From the NCBI GenBank assembly GCA_012295275.1, contig CM022669.1, positions 6,324,001 through 6,388,000 on the forward strand: a DNA stretch of 64,000 nt, read 5' to 3'. The translations under genes were made by a program, and so were the position numbers. This document shows positions 42,298 to 55,466 of the stretch, piece by piece; the stretch's first letter is position 1, and every line of letters starts with the position of its first letter. Below the pieces are notes generated by a model. That model did no database searches and was not told the origin of the DNA. It worked only from the letters and a program-made list of their open reading frames with translations. This DNA comes from Chrysomallon squamiferum (Eukaryota; Animalia; Mollusca).

Positions 42298-43640
42298 AAA
42301 TAAATAATAATAATTAATAACGCAACTAAATCCAGCATGGATTACGATCTGTGTTTCTTTTAATTCTAAAAATAGTAACTCAACCATAAGCGACACCAGA
42401 GATGACGACTACTAGTAATCAAATCAGTCGTTCCATTTGCGCATGAGCGAAACTCGGCCAATCAGAAACGCCGTTAGAAATTCCGAGCCGCAAGAACTGG
42501 CTAGTTTTCACGCCACCAAAGAAAAAGAAGAAGAAGAAAAAAAAAAAAATAATAATAATATTTTCAGTTCCAAATCTGTTCTCTCACCTTTGACTTTCGT
42601 CAGTGTTTTTCTTCCACTTATCTTTGATATTTTCGTATTCCATTACTGTTAACGTTGGCCCTTCGCCTGTTTACTCACCTGTTCTCTGTCATTCCGTGTT
42701 TGGACTTAGCGCACAAAAATCAACAAACTGAAACAACAAGCGAAAAACTCCTCATATTTTAATTGTTACCAAAAATAACCTCAAGTGTGACGCCTGCATG
42801 CGTGTAATAAGGTCCTTTTTTTTTTTTAAATTAATTTTTTTTTTTTTTAACTCATTTCTACATTTTGTTTAATTTTTTTTTTCTTCTTCTTGCCAATTAA
42901 TTGTGTGCACCTAACAAGGGCCTAATTGCTATCAGACTGACACGCTGTCTATGTAAATCACACATTTGTTGATTTAAGGAATTTACCTTTCGTACGCTGC
43001 AGGAATTAGTTTCTGAAATCAGTTTTGATGTGTACCCAGTTGTCGAGTCAGTCAACCTGCCTCTGTACAAGTTGTTATAAATATTTTGAAAGACAGAAAA
43101 AAAAAAAAATAAAAAAAAAAAAAAAAAAAATACCCAGAGTAAGAGAGTCTGAGAAAGAAAAAGAGGGAGAGAGTGAAAAACACAGAGAAAGATGCAAAAT
43201 AAACTTTTCCTCTTGAATGAATGAATGAATGAATGATTAATTACAGAGAAAACAAAAATAATCCAATTAAGAGATTCTAGAAAAGAAACTCGCTCCAGTC
43301 ACTTCAAGGTTTATTCTCATCCATTGCCAATTATTTTGGAAATTAAACATAATCAGGAATACACGTGACATGTCTTTTCGTATTCTAATTAAAAATATGA
43401 TGATTATTTCCGACAGTGAGAATCGATCTCAAGTCGCACATTGTTTTTCATGTTTCATTAGTACGTGTTTATGAATATTAAACAATTATTTTGTGAATTC
43501 CCTTGAATTTTTATGGTTTAAAAATGTCTTTCTTTTGTCGCTAGTTATGTATTATTTGACCATAATACGCTCTTTATTTCCTATTTACGTATTAAATAAT
43601 TTCTACACATCCACCTATATATCTGTTTCCCATTACACGA

Positions 43641-43848
43641 TTTCGTATTATTTTAATAACTGTTACGTATTTTGTCTTCATACGTTATAACAGTACGCAG
43701 TTTCGTATGGTTTAAATAACTGTTACGTATTTTGACTATAGAATTATTAACAATATAAAATTTCGTATTATTTAAATAATTGTTAATTATTTTGCCTACG
43801 TATGTACTTCGTGATACAATACATTCAGTTTCGTACAATTTAAATAAT
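43641..43848. repeat. degenerate ~60-bp tandem repeat, ~3.5 units (TTTCGTATTATTTAAATAACTGTTACGTATTTTG)
   Basis: Units start at 43641, 43701, 43761 and ~43828. Confidence 0.85.
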
Positions 43849-44470
43849 ATAAATAGGTAACGTCACGGTACAACAATTTTGATTTAAAATTTAAAGTTTT
43901 GTAAAACATATTATTTTATTTTATTATAAATCGTCCAAAACAATAACAAAAAAAAAAAAAATAATAATAAATAATAATAATTAAAATGACATAGAAATAC
44001 AAACAGTTTTTTTTAATTTACTCGCATTGCAACGTGTACATTTTAAACAAGTTTTTTTCATATTCGCCTAGAAATATACTTAACAGCTCTTCACTGGTAT
44101 TCTTGGCTTAAAATGACTCTTTCTCATATTGTTACTTCTTTTTAATGACAAATGCGTACAGCATTTCAGCGGCTTATAAAAGGGTTGCATTCAGGGCGAA
44201 ACCCCTTGGGGAGAAAGATTATGTGTTTTGCACATACAAAAAGTCGAAATGTATCTGTTTCTGGCGTCCCAGCGGACCGAGAGGAATAACAAAAATCCCG
44301 CCTGGGTTTTCTGACAGGTGATGTGCAGGCGAGAGCCGCGGAATCAGTTTAAATGTCACCTCCCATGTGTTCGTGCGCGCCTCTTCCCTGCCTGGCATCG
44401 CGGCTGATCTTTTCACAATATGTCAGAATGATTTTCTTTTATTTCTTCATTTTTCCTTTCGTTTCTCTTC

Positions 44471-44531
<61 letters not shown>

Positions 44532-45214
44532 TGACTCTGCAGATGTGAAGTCGGAAGAAGAGAAAATTATAAACAGCTTGATTCAGCTTAGAGTGTTTTA
44601 GAGTGGGCGGTACTGGGTTCGAGTACTGATACCGACTCACACTGCAAACTGTTTAGTAGAAACATATTAATATTAATGCTAATATTACCACACCAATCAA
44701 ATTTAATTATTGTTAATAATTATACTACAACAACAACAACTACTACTACTACTACTAGAGTAGTAATAGTTGTTTATTAAAATCAACATTTTTCTTCTTC
44801 TTTTTCCTATATTCTCATCATCATCATCATCATCATCATCATCGTTTTTGTTGTTGTTGTTGACTGAAATCAATCGGTACAAGATAAAATCCATGAATGT
44901 ATACATGGATGTGTTTGGGTTCATGATGTGCATTAACTGTGATGTCTGTATATGTCTTTGAGTGAAGTAAAGAAATAAATACTACAAGAAGGTGTACATT
45001 ACTGCGCTAGAACGTCTGCAAAAACCCTTGGAAAGTAAACAGTATTTTATAAGAGCAAAATATTATTAAGCACGCCTGCCGTGGACACACTTTAAATCTT
45101 ATTCAAGAACTCTACATAATTATTAGAAAGGAAGGAGTAACAACCACAGTTAACTTAATCTCTGATTAGTGTCTAGTAACAAGACTGGATCATTATTGAC
45201 AATAATATTATAAT

Positions 45215-45507
45215 CAGTAGCTGATACACCCAGTAGCTGATACACACAGTAACTGATACACACATTAACTGATACACACAGTAACTGATACACACAGTAG
45301 CTGATACACACAGTAGCTGATACAACCAGTAGCTGATAAACCAGTAACTGATACACACAGTAGCTGATACACACAATAACTGATACAACCAGTAACTGAT
45401 ACAACCAGTAGCTGATAAACCAGTAACTGATACATACAGTAGCTGATACAACCAGTAACTGATACATACAGTAGCTGATACACACAGTAGCTGATACAAC
45501 CAGTAGC
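45215..45507. repeat. 16-bp minisatellite, ~18 units, consensus CAGTA(G/A)CTGATACA(CA/AC)
   Basis: Directly visible tandem units; explains the repetitive ORFs at 45150-45545. Confidence 0.95.
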
Positions 45508-46008
45508 CGCAAATTATGTGATAACGGTAAAAGAAAGAGGGTCATTGCAAGATATTACATCACACGTTTTCAGACCGGCAGGATGTCGTTAAGTAATTTT
45601 AATGCCTATAATAAACTTTACATTGTGAACTTTCTAAACGTCGTACGTAACAGGACGTGTTTGTTGATGGCGAGTTGTGGCTAGAGGGGTCGTCGTTTGA
45701 CGTAGTGGCTTACGTAGTGTGTGTGCACTGTAGCTTAGCAGGAAATGCAATTAATGAATGAATGAATGAATGAATGAACGAACGACAAAATGGATAAATG
45801 CTGAATGAATGAATTAATGGATGAATAAATGATCTCTCAACAAATTTATAGTTTGACATTCTGTGTGATAGATATGGAATTTGTTTATTATGACAAATAT
45901 GCAGTTCAAGAGCTATTTTACAGATTACCAGCAAAATACCTTTTATGTATTTCCAGTAAATGAGAAAAAATATATATTAAGCAGTTATGAGGCCTATGTT
46001 GGAACAGG

Positions 46009-46042
<34 letters not shown>

Positions 46043-46060
46043 ATGTGCGAATATAGTGTA

Positions 46061-46098
<38 letters not shown>

Positions 46099-46292
46099 CG
46101 TGTGTGTGTGTGTGTAGACAGTTTCGTTTCGGCATTCTGGTTTAGTGAACTGTTTTTCGTCGACCATTTCCTTATCCTTTCGTCCACGTTCACGACGTTT
46201 TACAATCTAAATTACCATCGAGAATTGCTCACAAAGACGTGGTCACATACCTCATTCCGGAAAACACATTAATACAAGCACAGATATATCTT

Positions 46293-46378
46293 TAATGAAT
46301 TGGCATTATCCTGCCGTGCTCTCTAATGAATTGGCGTTATCTGGCCATTTTATCTAATGAATTTGGCTTTATTTGCCA
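46293..46378. repeat. ~30-bp tandem repeat, 3 units (TAATGAATTGGC.TTATCTGGCC)
   Basis: Three visible copies. Confidence 0.8.
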
Positions 46379-46806
46379 ACGTTAAGACATGTCGATCAGA
46401 CTCCCAGTTTGAATCACACAAGTAATAAGTATTACAATGTCCTTCGGTCTCTGAAATTGATTTACTCGAACAATAGTATTACTTATAGACATATGTACTA
46501 ATTCTGTCTGGGGCGATGCCTTTATCTTCGGGTGCATCGATGTTCCGAGACAACGACCTTGACCTCATTGACCTACTTTATCAGCAAATCCATGATTTTA
46601 CCAAACGACATATTGATAACGACTTTAGCTTTGCGCAAATATAAAAAAGATTATGATCTTGGTGTCGCTATACATATGGACTCTCAAACCTTTTTTTGTC
46701 TTCAAGATTGTAGGATCGCGTCTCTGTACCGGCCTTGCGCTGATAATATCATTTAAATGTATTTATTTATTAATCATTATTATTAGTATTAGTATTATTA
46801 TTATTG

Positions 46807-46869
<63 letters not shown>

Positions 46870-47497
46870 TTATTTAATTATTGTTATCTGGTAACTCATT
46901 AAATAATGATGAAATAGATATTCTCGCTGCAAACAGATAAAGAAACAGAAATACAGACACACACATATATACACACACACAGACAGAAATAATGGAAACA
47001 TTAAGCTTTATCATGGTGAAGCATCGGAGAACTGCGAAAAAAGAAACCTACAAATAAACAAAACACTTTGCTTATCTTCAAAAACAGAAAACCCAAAATA
47101 CCAAAAAGAAAGAAAAAAAAAAAACGAAACCAAAAAGAACCTACCAATATAAATTATTTTAATTTATCTTCACTAACTTCTCGCAAACGGTTCTCAGAAA
47201 TCTTGATGATGTCGTTAACGTGAGTTAGATGTATGCGAGTGTACGACGCAGACAAACTAATTAGAGTAATTAAATGTTTTATTTTTATTTAAATTGCACA
47301 CCATCACTTGTGGTAGATGGTGCTGATGCAGATTAAATTTTAGCGTTTTCACTGCATCAGCAGTGTTTATGTGGATGAAGGACAAATCTTTTTTTTTTTT
47401 TTTTTTTTTTTGACGGATGTGAATAATTAGGTACTAGCCAAATGACTGGCACAGTGCAAAAAACAAATTTCCCAGCGATACTGACAAAACAGACTTA

Positions 47498-47632
<135 letters not shown>

Positions 47633-48190
47633 ACAACGGTACCGAATCCGTCTTTTAGCCTCCGTACCAGCGCATCATCTTTAGCATGGAAGGATCTGTG
47701 AGGTCGAAGGTCACGGGACACCCGATCTTTCTGTGACAAGTCGTAGAGAAACATCTCGTCTGTCGTCTCGGTTTTCCGGCTGCGAAGCTTAGCAGTTGTT
47801 TGTCAAGTGGCTGAAAACGAAGCATCTACCTGCGGGTAATCGAGCTCGTGTTGGCACAGAACGAGCAACTTTCTCATTTAGCACGAACGACAATCAAGAC
47901 ATGTCTTCTTTGGTAAATTCCACCATCACGCAGCACCAAGCTGGGTCACGTGTCTCCAAACAGCCCGATTCGAACATGTGCGACATTAACAAAGAAAGTA
48001 GATTTATTTCTAAGCCTGACATGGATACGTAAATTTTTACAAGTAGACTTTTGTGACATTCAAGCATCACGTTGCTGAAAGAAAAAAAAAAAAAAGAAGA
48101 AATGATGAAAATCTGACGAAAGCTTTTCTGTGCTTTAATTAGGTTCAGATTTTTTTTTGCATGTATTCTTTTTCTTTTTTTATTTCTCCG

Positions 48191-48222
<32 letters not shown>

Positions 48223-50090
48223 GTTATTGCTATTGCTGGTGTTGTTGTTGTCGTCGTCATCGTTGTTGTTGTTTTTGCTTAATGTCGATCTTATTTGCAT
48301 TTTAAACATTTTCTTCTTACAATTTCTTTTACACATTTAGTGGTTTATCATATTTTAAGCCAAAAATAATTGAAAACCTAAAAATCAGTTATTTTTTATC
48401 TGAAATTATGCAAACAAAACTATAAAATTTACATTAATAAATAAAATTTAAATAAAATTATTGTATTATTATTATTACTATTAAGGTCGAATGCTTTATT
48501 CGCCTAAGTTAAACAATAAAACGAGAAAAGTTCGTTGAATATGAAGAAGACTCTTCTGTCAAAACAACCTCACTGTTGTCTTACTGACTTACCCACTACG
48601 ACTGTCTAGGTTCTGAAACGTCCATCCTGGACAACACAAATCTTTCAGAATCTTTCTTTACACTGTAAGTCGAGTTTACAAAATACGTCGCTTTAATAAA
48701 AAAATTTAAATATGAAGTTAAGTAAAGCATGACACTCTCCTTTGTTATACTGCTGAGCAGACTGCATCCATGCATGCATACATAAAAACATACCTATTTA
48801 CATACAGACGCACATACATACATATGAAGGTACGTATACACATACCTGCATACATAGATACATACATATTTACATACATGAATACACGATGCACATTTGC
48901 ACATATGAATATATATTTATACACAGATACACAAACCACACACGATATATATATATAATTCAAAAATAAAGAAAAAACATCAGTTAAACAGGAAAATATG
49001 GACTAGATCTATGAATATTCACAGTTTAATATATCTTTCTTTTTTAATTCGTTTATCGAACACTAATCTTTTAGTTTTCTTGTTGTTCTTTTTCTTCCTC
49101 TTCTTCTTTTTTTTTTTTCCTGTAACGTATTTTTTTTTTTTTTTTTTTGTACGCCTCACGTGAGCGGCAAAAAGGCATAAACTTGGCTGATACTGTGTTG
49201 AAAAGAACATACAACATTTGTGCAGTAAAACACGTAAACTCCGCAATTACGTGCCTTGTTACGAGGCATTTCGATCCTCTTGTTATTCAAACAGACTGTT
49301 AATCTGCGCAGATAAGAGAGAACTGTAATATATCGTCCAATACATTTACTTTTTTTAGCGAATCAAACAAGCGAGATAACTGCATAATGTGCAGATAAAG
49401 GTGCATTCATACCAAGCGAATGATTTAAACCTTTGGGACTAGCATTCTTGTATTTTACTGGTAAAAAAATTAAAAAAAAAAATAATAGTAATAAATGAAA
49501 AAAACTTAGTAAATGAAAAAATAAATACGTATGTATGTAAGGTGTTAGGTAGGTAGGTAGGTAGGTAAGAAGATAGACAGGTAGTAAATACGTATATAAG
49601 AATATATATAAGTAAGTCATTGAGTCATTAAGTCAGTAAGTAAGTAAATAACAACACAAACAAAACATACAATAAAACTTTTTAATTATTCAAAGTTTTT
49701 AGAGTAAATCTGCTACAGTTAGTACATTCGTTAATAATTAACAAACATATTAACTGAGTCCAAATTGTTACCAGTTACAAAATGTATCATTTCCAGAATA
49801 TACGTCTTCAGTTTGAAAATGATATTCAGAGGTGTACATGGTGTGTTTTGCACATAGATTTTCACGTTAACTCCAAAATTTTGATACTATCAAGTACTGC
49901 AAATGTCGAACATGAGAATAAAGGATTTGAATTTGATAAAATTCTAAAACTGTAGTGTAGGTTTTTAAACGATCTTAGGAGCAATAAAAATAACAAAAGA
50001 ACGTTATATATCTTTAATTTTTAATTAAATCTGAACATTTCCAGTGTCTATTGTTACTTACTACACTATACTAAAATTCGTTCCTCAGTT

Positions 50091-50130
<40 letters not shown>

Positions 50131-52426
50131 TTTTTTATTTCAGACCTTAAAGAAAAACATGCGACTGAATACCGCATTATGTACAAACATCTCGAGTGGT
50201 TTCTGGCATGTTTTATGTTTCACGTCTGCTATTCAAACTGGGCAAATTCGATTACGATTGACGCGCATGGTTGAGACAGGGGCGTATCCAGAAACAGATC
50301 GACGTCACTGAAAGGTATGAACTTTCATGTTGAACTCAGTTGAGTAATATGGCAGTAAAAAAAAAAAAAAAAAAAAAAAATTCTTCTTCTAGAAAGCGCA
50401 CGCCATATTCGACACCCACAAGATTCGCGCACATGAATTCTTTTTCTTTCTTGTCTTTTATTATTTTTTATTTTTTATTTTTAATATGAAGAAGAAGAAG
50501 AAGAAGAAGAAGAAAAAGCAGAAAAGGTTTACTGACATACAGCAGACGAAAACGCCTACCACTAGAGGTCGCTCGCATAACACAGTACTTGAGCAGTTAA
50601 GACGCTTTGCAGTTTCTGTAATAACGAATTAGAAGTTTGAAAACACAATTATAGTCTTTATTTGGAGCCGTTCCACACTAAACAAAGATAGAGAGCAAAA
50701 AAAAAAAAAAACTATTATTCTCATTTTTCTGCCTTATTAAAAATACTTATTACAGCGTTGTAGCAAACTTACAAAGCTTATTTCTTCTTGCTTTGTGTCT
50801 TTTCAGGCATATTGAGGGGGGTAAAAAGCTTTTGGGCCGCTTAAAATATATTTCGTTTTGTAATTACCTCCCCTTGTTGCTTTTTAAATTCTTTATTTCT
50901 TTCTCTCGCGGTAAGGCTGTTTTTGTAACCTCCCACCGCATGTCAAAAAACGCGCGGTATTATTGACGTCTGGTCCGCGCTTATTTCGGCGGGATGTACC
51001 CTGCAACAATAAACAAGAAAAAAAGCTGAAGGACTCTTAAAACTTGACAGCATTGTGGCCAATTGTAGCAGATATTTCTGAATTCCTGTCCGAGTCCGGC
51101 TCTGAGCGACAAAGTCAACATACTTCTTTATGGTCGGCTCCGACAGGTCTGGGTACATCTAGGAGCGAAATGATCTTATTGTCACCCTGCCTGATTAGCG
51201 CCGAGGGTGGGACAAAGCCCGGATACAATGAAGACACGCAGAGGCCCTTTCGAGGTGAAGAATTTTTTTGGAGAGAAAAACAAATGATAAAAAGAAAAAA
51301 CAAAAATGAAAAAGAAAAATTTGTGCAGATCTTTCTTAATGATGGAAAGATTATTGTATATAGAAATTGTGTTCATGAGAAATGAAATTTATCTGTAAAT
51401 TATAACTTGTGCAAAAGAAAGCTTTCTTTAATCTTCTCTCGCTTTCTCTCTCTTTTATTTATTTATTTGTTGTTGTTGGATGTTTTTTTTTTTTTAATTT
51501 CATTTTAATTGAATTTTTCTTTCTTTTTTTTCTTTCTTTCTTAATATTATTCTAGTTAAATGTTGTTGTGTTGTTTGATGTTGTTTTGTTTTGTTTTTTT
51601 TTTTTCTTTCTTTTTTTATTTATATACTTATTTGAACTCTGGATTTTATAAACTGAGAAAGGCATAAAAAAAATGAAATTTAAACGTAATACCATCACAG
51701 ACAAAAGAAGAAAAAAAATAAGACTAACACCAATAATAATTACAGTAATGATAAATATGTGTATTTCTTAAACAGTTCAAAAGTGACAAAAAAGCAGAAT
51801 ACAAACACATACTCACACACACACGTACATAAAGCATTGTATGTAAATGAATGTATTTATACGTACATACACATACGTTATACCACACATAAATAGTGCT
51901 ACACCTATATACACACAATTCACGTTAGCACGCATACATAATACTTACGCTCACACACACACTGACGCACCCATACTATACATCCATTATACAAAATCAA
52001 TATACACTGCGAACCACAGTACTTATTTTTCTATTTTACCAACTCCACATCCCATAACAGGCCCCGCCACCCGAGATAGTTGTTCTCCGTGCAGCAATAG
52101 AGTTTATCGCTATTCGTGCCTATGGCGTCAAAAAGATCCTTGTATTTTGTTCGCGTTTTATTGGATCACTTAAGCACGTCAGATTTCATAGTGGCGTATC
52201 TCTTGATAAGTTGCACTGCAGTGCAGGGATTAGTGAAATCTGGCGAGGATATTGGCAAAGATCTTTCTACACCACAAGCTCGTTGTTATACCCCGAGTAA
52301 ATCATAAAGTTATTGTTAATATTAAAACATTTTTATTACAGGTCACTTTTTAGTCATGGGGCATGGGTAGTCGTGCGAAATGTACAATAGAAAAAAAAAA
52401 AAAAAAAAAAGAATAAAAAAAGAAAT

Positions 52427-52975
<549 letters not shown>

Positions 52976-53349
52976 AAATGCTATTTCAATCTTTCCTTTG
53001 TGTGATATTACTTGTATCTCAAACCAACACAGTACCCATGCGAAGGACTCTGCCCTTTAACTCCGGTTCCATCAAACGACGTTATTTCACGTTCACGGTA
53101 ACTTCTGAGAAAATTCCAATATTTGCAAAATGTCGAGCACTAATTAGGGTTATCTAATTCCTGTACACTCTTTGTAGAAGGTAAATTTTTCAAAGTAATG
53201 AAATCGCCGAGGGAGGGCACAGACCAAAGAATCTAGACGTTTATCTTGTTGTTTCAACAAAAGATTTGATCAAGACACACTTGCGTTGTAACATGCACAC
53301 AAGATGTAAAGAAACAAAAGGAAAGAATAAATTGATGTAAGACTTTCAC

Positions 53350-53630
53350 CATCTTTTCGGAAGTTTGCTACAAACTTCGGCTGCATTGTACTGACAAAAA
53401 CCGGTTTCAGACGAACTATATACAGCGCAGCGTCTGAACAAAGTTATTACGTCATAAATTGTAATCATAACGTCATCCGGTCAAGGGGAGGCGTAGTGGG
53501 ATTGGTACGGTGGCGGATTTCGGCTGGGGATCATAAGGAAGGGTGGGTCTCCGTCAAGGCGGACTGACTCAGAGACAATACTAATGACGTCAATAAAGAA
53601 TCCCGGATTCACAGGGGGCCTTATAAAGGT
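53350..53630 (-). promoter_or_regulatory. Pol II core promoter (TATA at -30, TCAGT initiator, TSS ~53392) with CRE, AP-1 and CCAAT upstream elements
   Basis: Minus-strand TATATAG starts at 53422 and the Inr A is at 53392. TGACGTAA 53447-53454, TGACGTTA 53468-53475, CCAAT 53501-53505, TGA(C/G)TCA 53565-53571, TGACGTCA 53585-53592. Confidence 0.6.
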
Positions 53631-54901
53631 TAACAAGACCGTGTTTTAATGATCATCACTAAATGCAAGGGACACCTCTCAAGCGACCCCTAAGGTCGTT
53701 CACACGTTATAAATCTGCTAAAACTCACAGTTACTCCGATTATTATGTACCAGAAGCAATTTCTGCTTCACTTAATCAGTGGAAATGGATTGGGCGTCCA
53801 TCTTGAATTGCTTTTCTTATTGTTAGTCCTCTTTAAGCTTCTAATTCAGTTAATGGCCATGCGACGTTTCGCTAGTGTCATAAAAAAATATTTGATTTCC
53901 TTTTTCTTTCTTTCTTCATCTTCTTTCTTTTTCTTTCTCTTTATTCTTTCTTCTTTTGTTTTCTTTTTTCTTTCGATTCTCTTTTTTCAAATTGCATTTA
54001 ATACAACATTTTATTTTTAAAAGATTTTTTCTTTAATAGCATCTAAAACTTTTGAAATAAAAATAAGCCGTTAGGATAAAATAATAAGATTTGAAAAAAT
54101 AAATCTAAAAACGCTTTTCTAAAACTAAATTATAGTCAACCGCTTAATTTTAGACTTTGAAAAAAAGATAACATAAAACAGTATTTTATATGGATGCTTT
54201 TTTTTTAATATATTATATTTGTTTCTAAAACAAAACATTTTTTTTTTTCACAAAAAGTAGCAAAATCAGGCTTTCTCTCAAGTATCCATTTGACTAAACT
54301 TTCCACTCCTGCCAAACTCTGTGCACGTGCAACATATTAAAAATCTTTGTATTTGCTTTTCTTTCCATAGAAAATATTTAATTTCTTATTTCTTTCTTTC
54401 TTCGTCTTCTTTCTTTTTCTTTTTCTTTCTCTTTATTCTGTCTTCTTTTGTTTTCTTTTTTTTTTATATGTATATATATATATATAATTTTGTTTTTCTT
54501 TTATATATATATATTGATACTAATCGGTAAAAGAAGTACACAATGACTGCACCGGGTTTCTTTTCTAGTAGTATCTTATCTTTACACACATAAAACTATC
54601 AAATATAAATGGTTTATAGCGTTTTCAGTCAGATTCGTTCGTTAATTCATTATTTTTCATCGAGTGGTAAAACTCGTAATAAATAAATGTTATGATGTGA
54701 AATATTTCAGTTAATTAGGTCCATATACATAAACTTGTGACGTAACGAAGCTCATAACGCTGTGACATAATCAAACATGTTAACTGTGAAGTGGCTGCAC
54801 TCGTAAATTTTACGTAGTCAGTACAACAGTAATTCAGTCTGCTGGAATGTTTTAATGTGTGTTGCAAGATCTCTCGGATTTCGTTTATATTTTTTATATA
54901 A

Positions 54902-55011
<110 letters not shown>

Positions 55012-55266
55012 TCACTGTATTCTGTATTTGTCTATCTATTTATTTACTTATCTATCTATCCATATATTTATCTATGTATCTGTCTGTCTATCTATCTATA
55101 TACAAAATCGTTTTGTTTGTATCTCTGTCTTTCCATCAATTTACCTACCTCTCAGTCAATAAACTTATCTCAAATCAATCAGTCTGTGCATCTCTCTGCC
55201 TAAATCAGTCTTTTGTATCATATCCATAGCAATCGATCTATATTTACAGTTATTTCTGTGCCACTG

Positions 55267-55419
55267 CACGTGAACGCTGTGCACAAGTTTCACACTCAAA
55301 CCCACCCCCAACCCCCCGCGGGCAACGGCATGTGGTGACCACGTGTTGAGATGCAGGTGTTTTCCGCTGTTTTAATAAAGGGAAGTTTTAATCAGTGTTA
55401 GCGAGGCGCTGAACCTACA

Positions 55420-55466
<47 letters not shown>

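Noticed and set aside
43641-43848. CRISPR array (also considered for 31714-31965)
   Set aside because: Eukaryotic context, no cas genes, degenerate repeats and mutually similar spacers
47640-48032. Complex-looking ORFs 47434-47754 (-) and 47796-48032 (+)
   Set aside because: No recognisable domain, an in-frame stop just upstream on the minus strand, and weak splice signals
50807-50820. 14-nt plus-strand microexon (tttcag|GCATATTGAGGGGG|gtaaaa)
   Set aside because: Not frame-preserving and no host gene identified; such signals arise by chance in T-rich DNA
50943-51385. Overlapping ORFs in a GC-richer island
   Set aside because: No homology recognised; better explained as regulatory DNA
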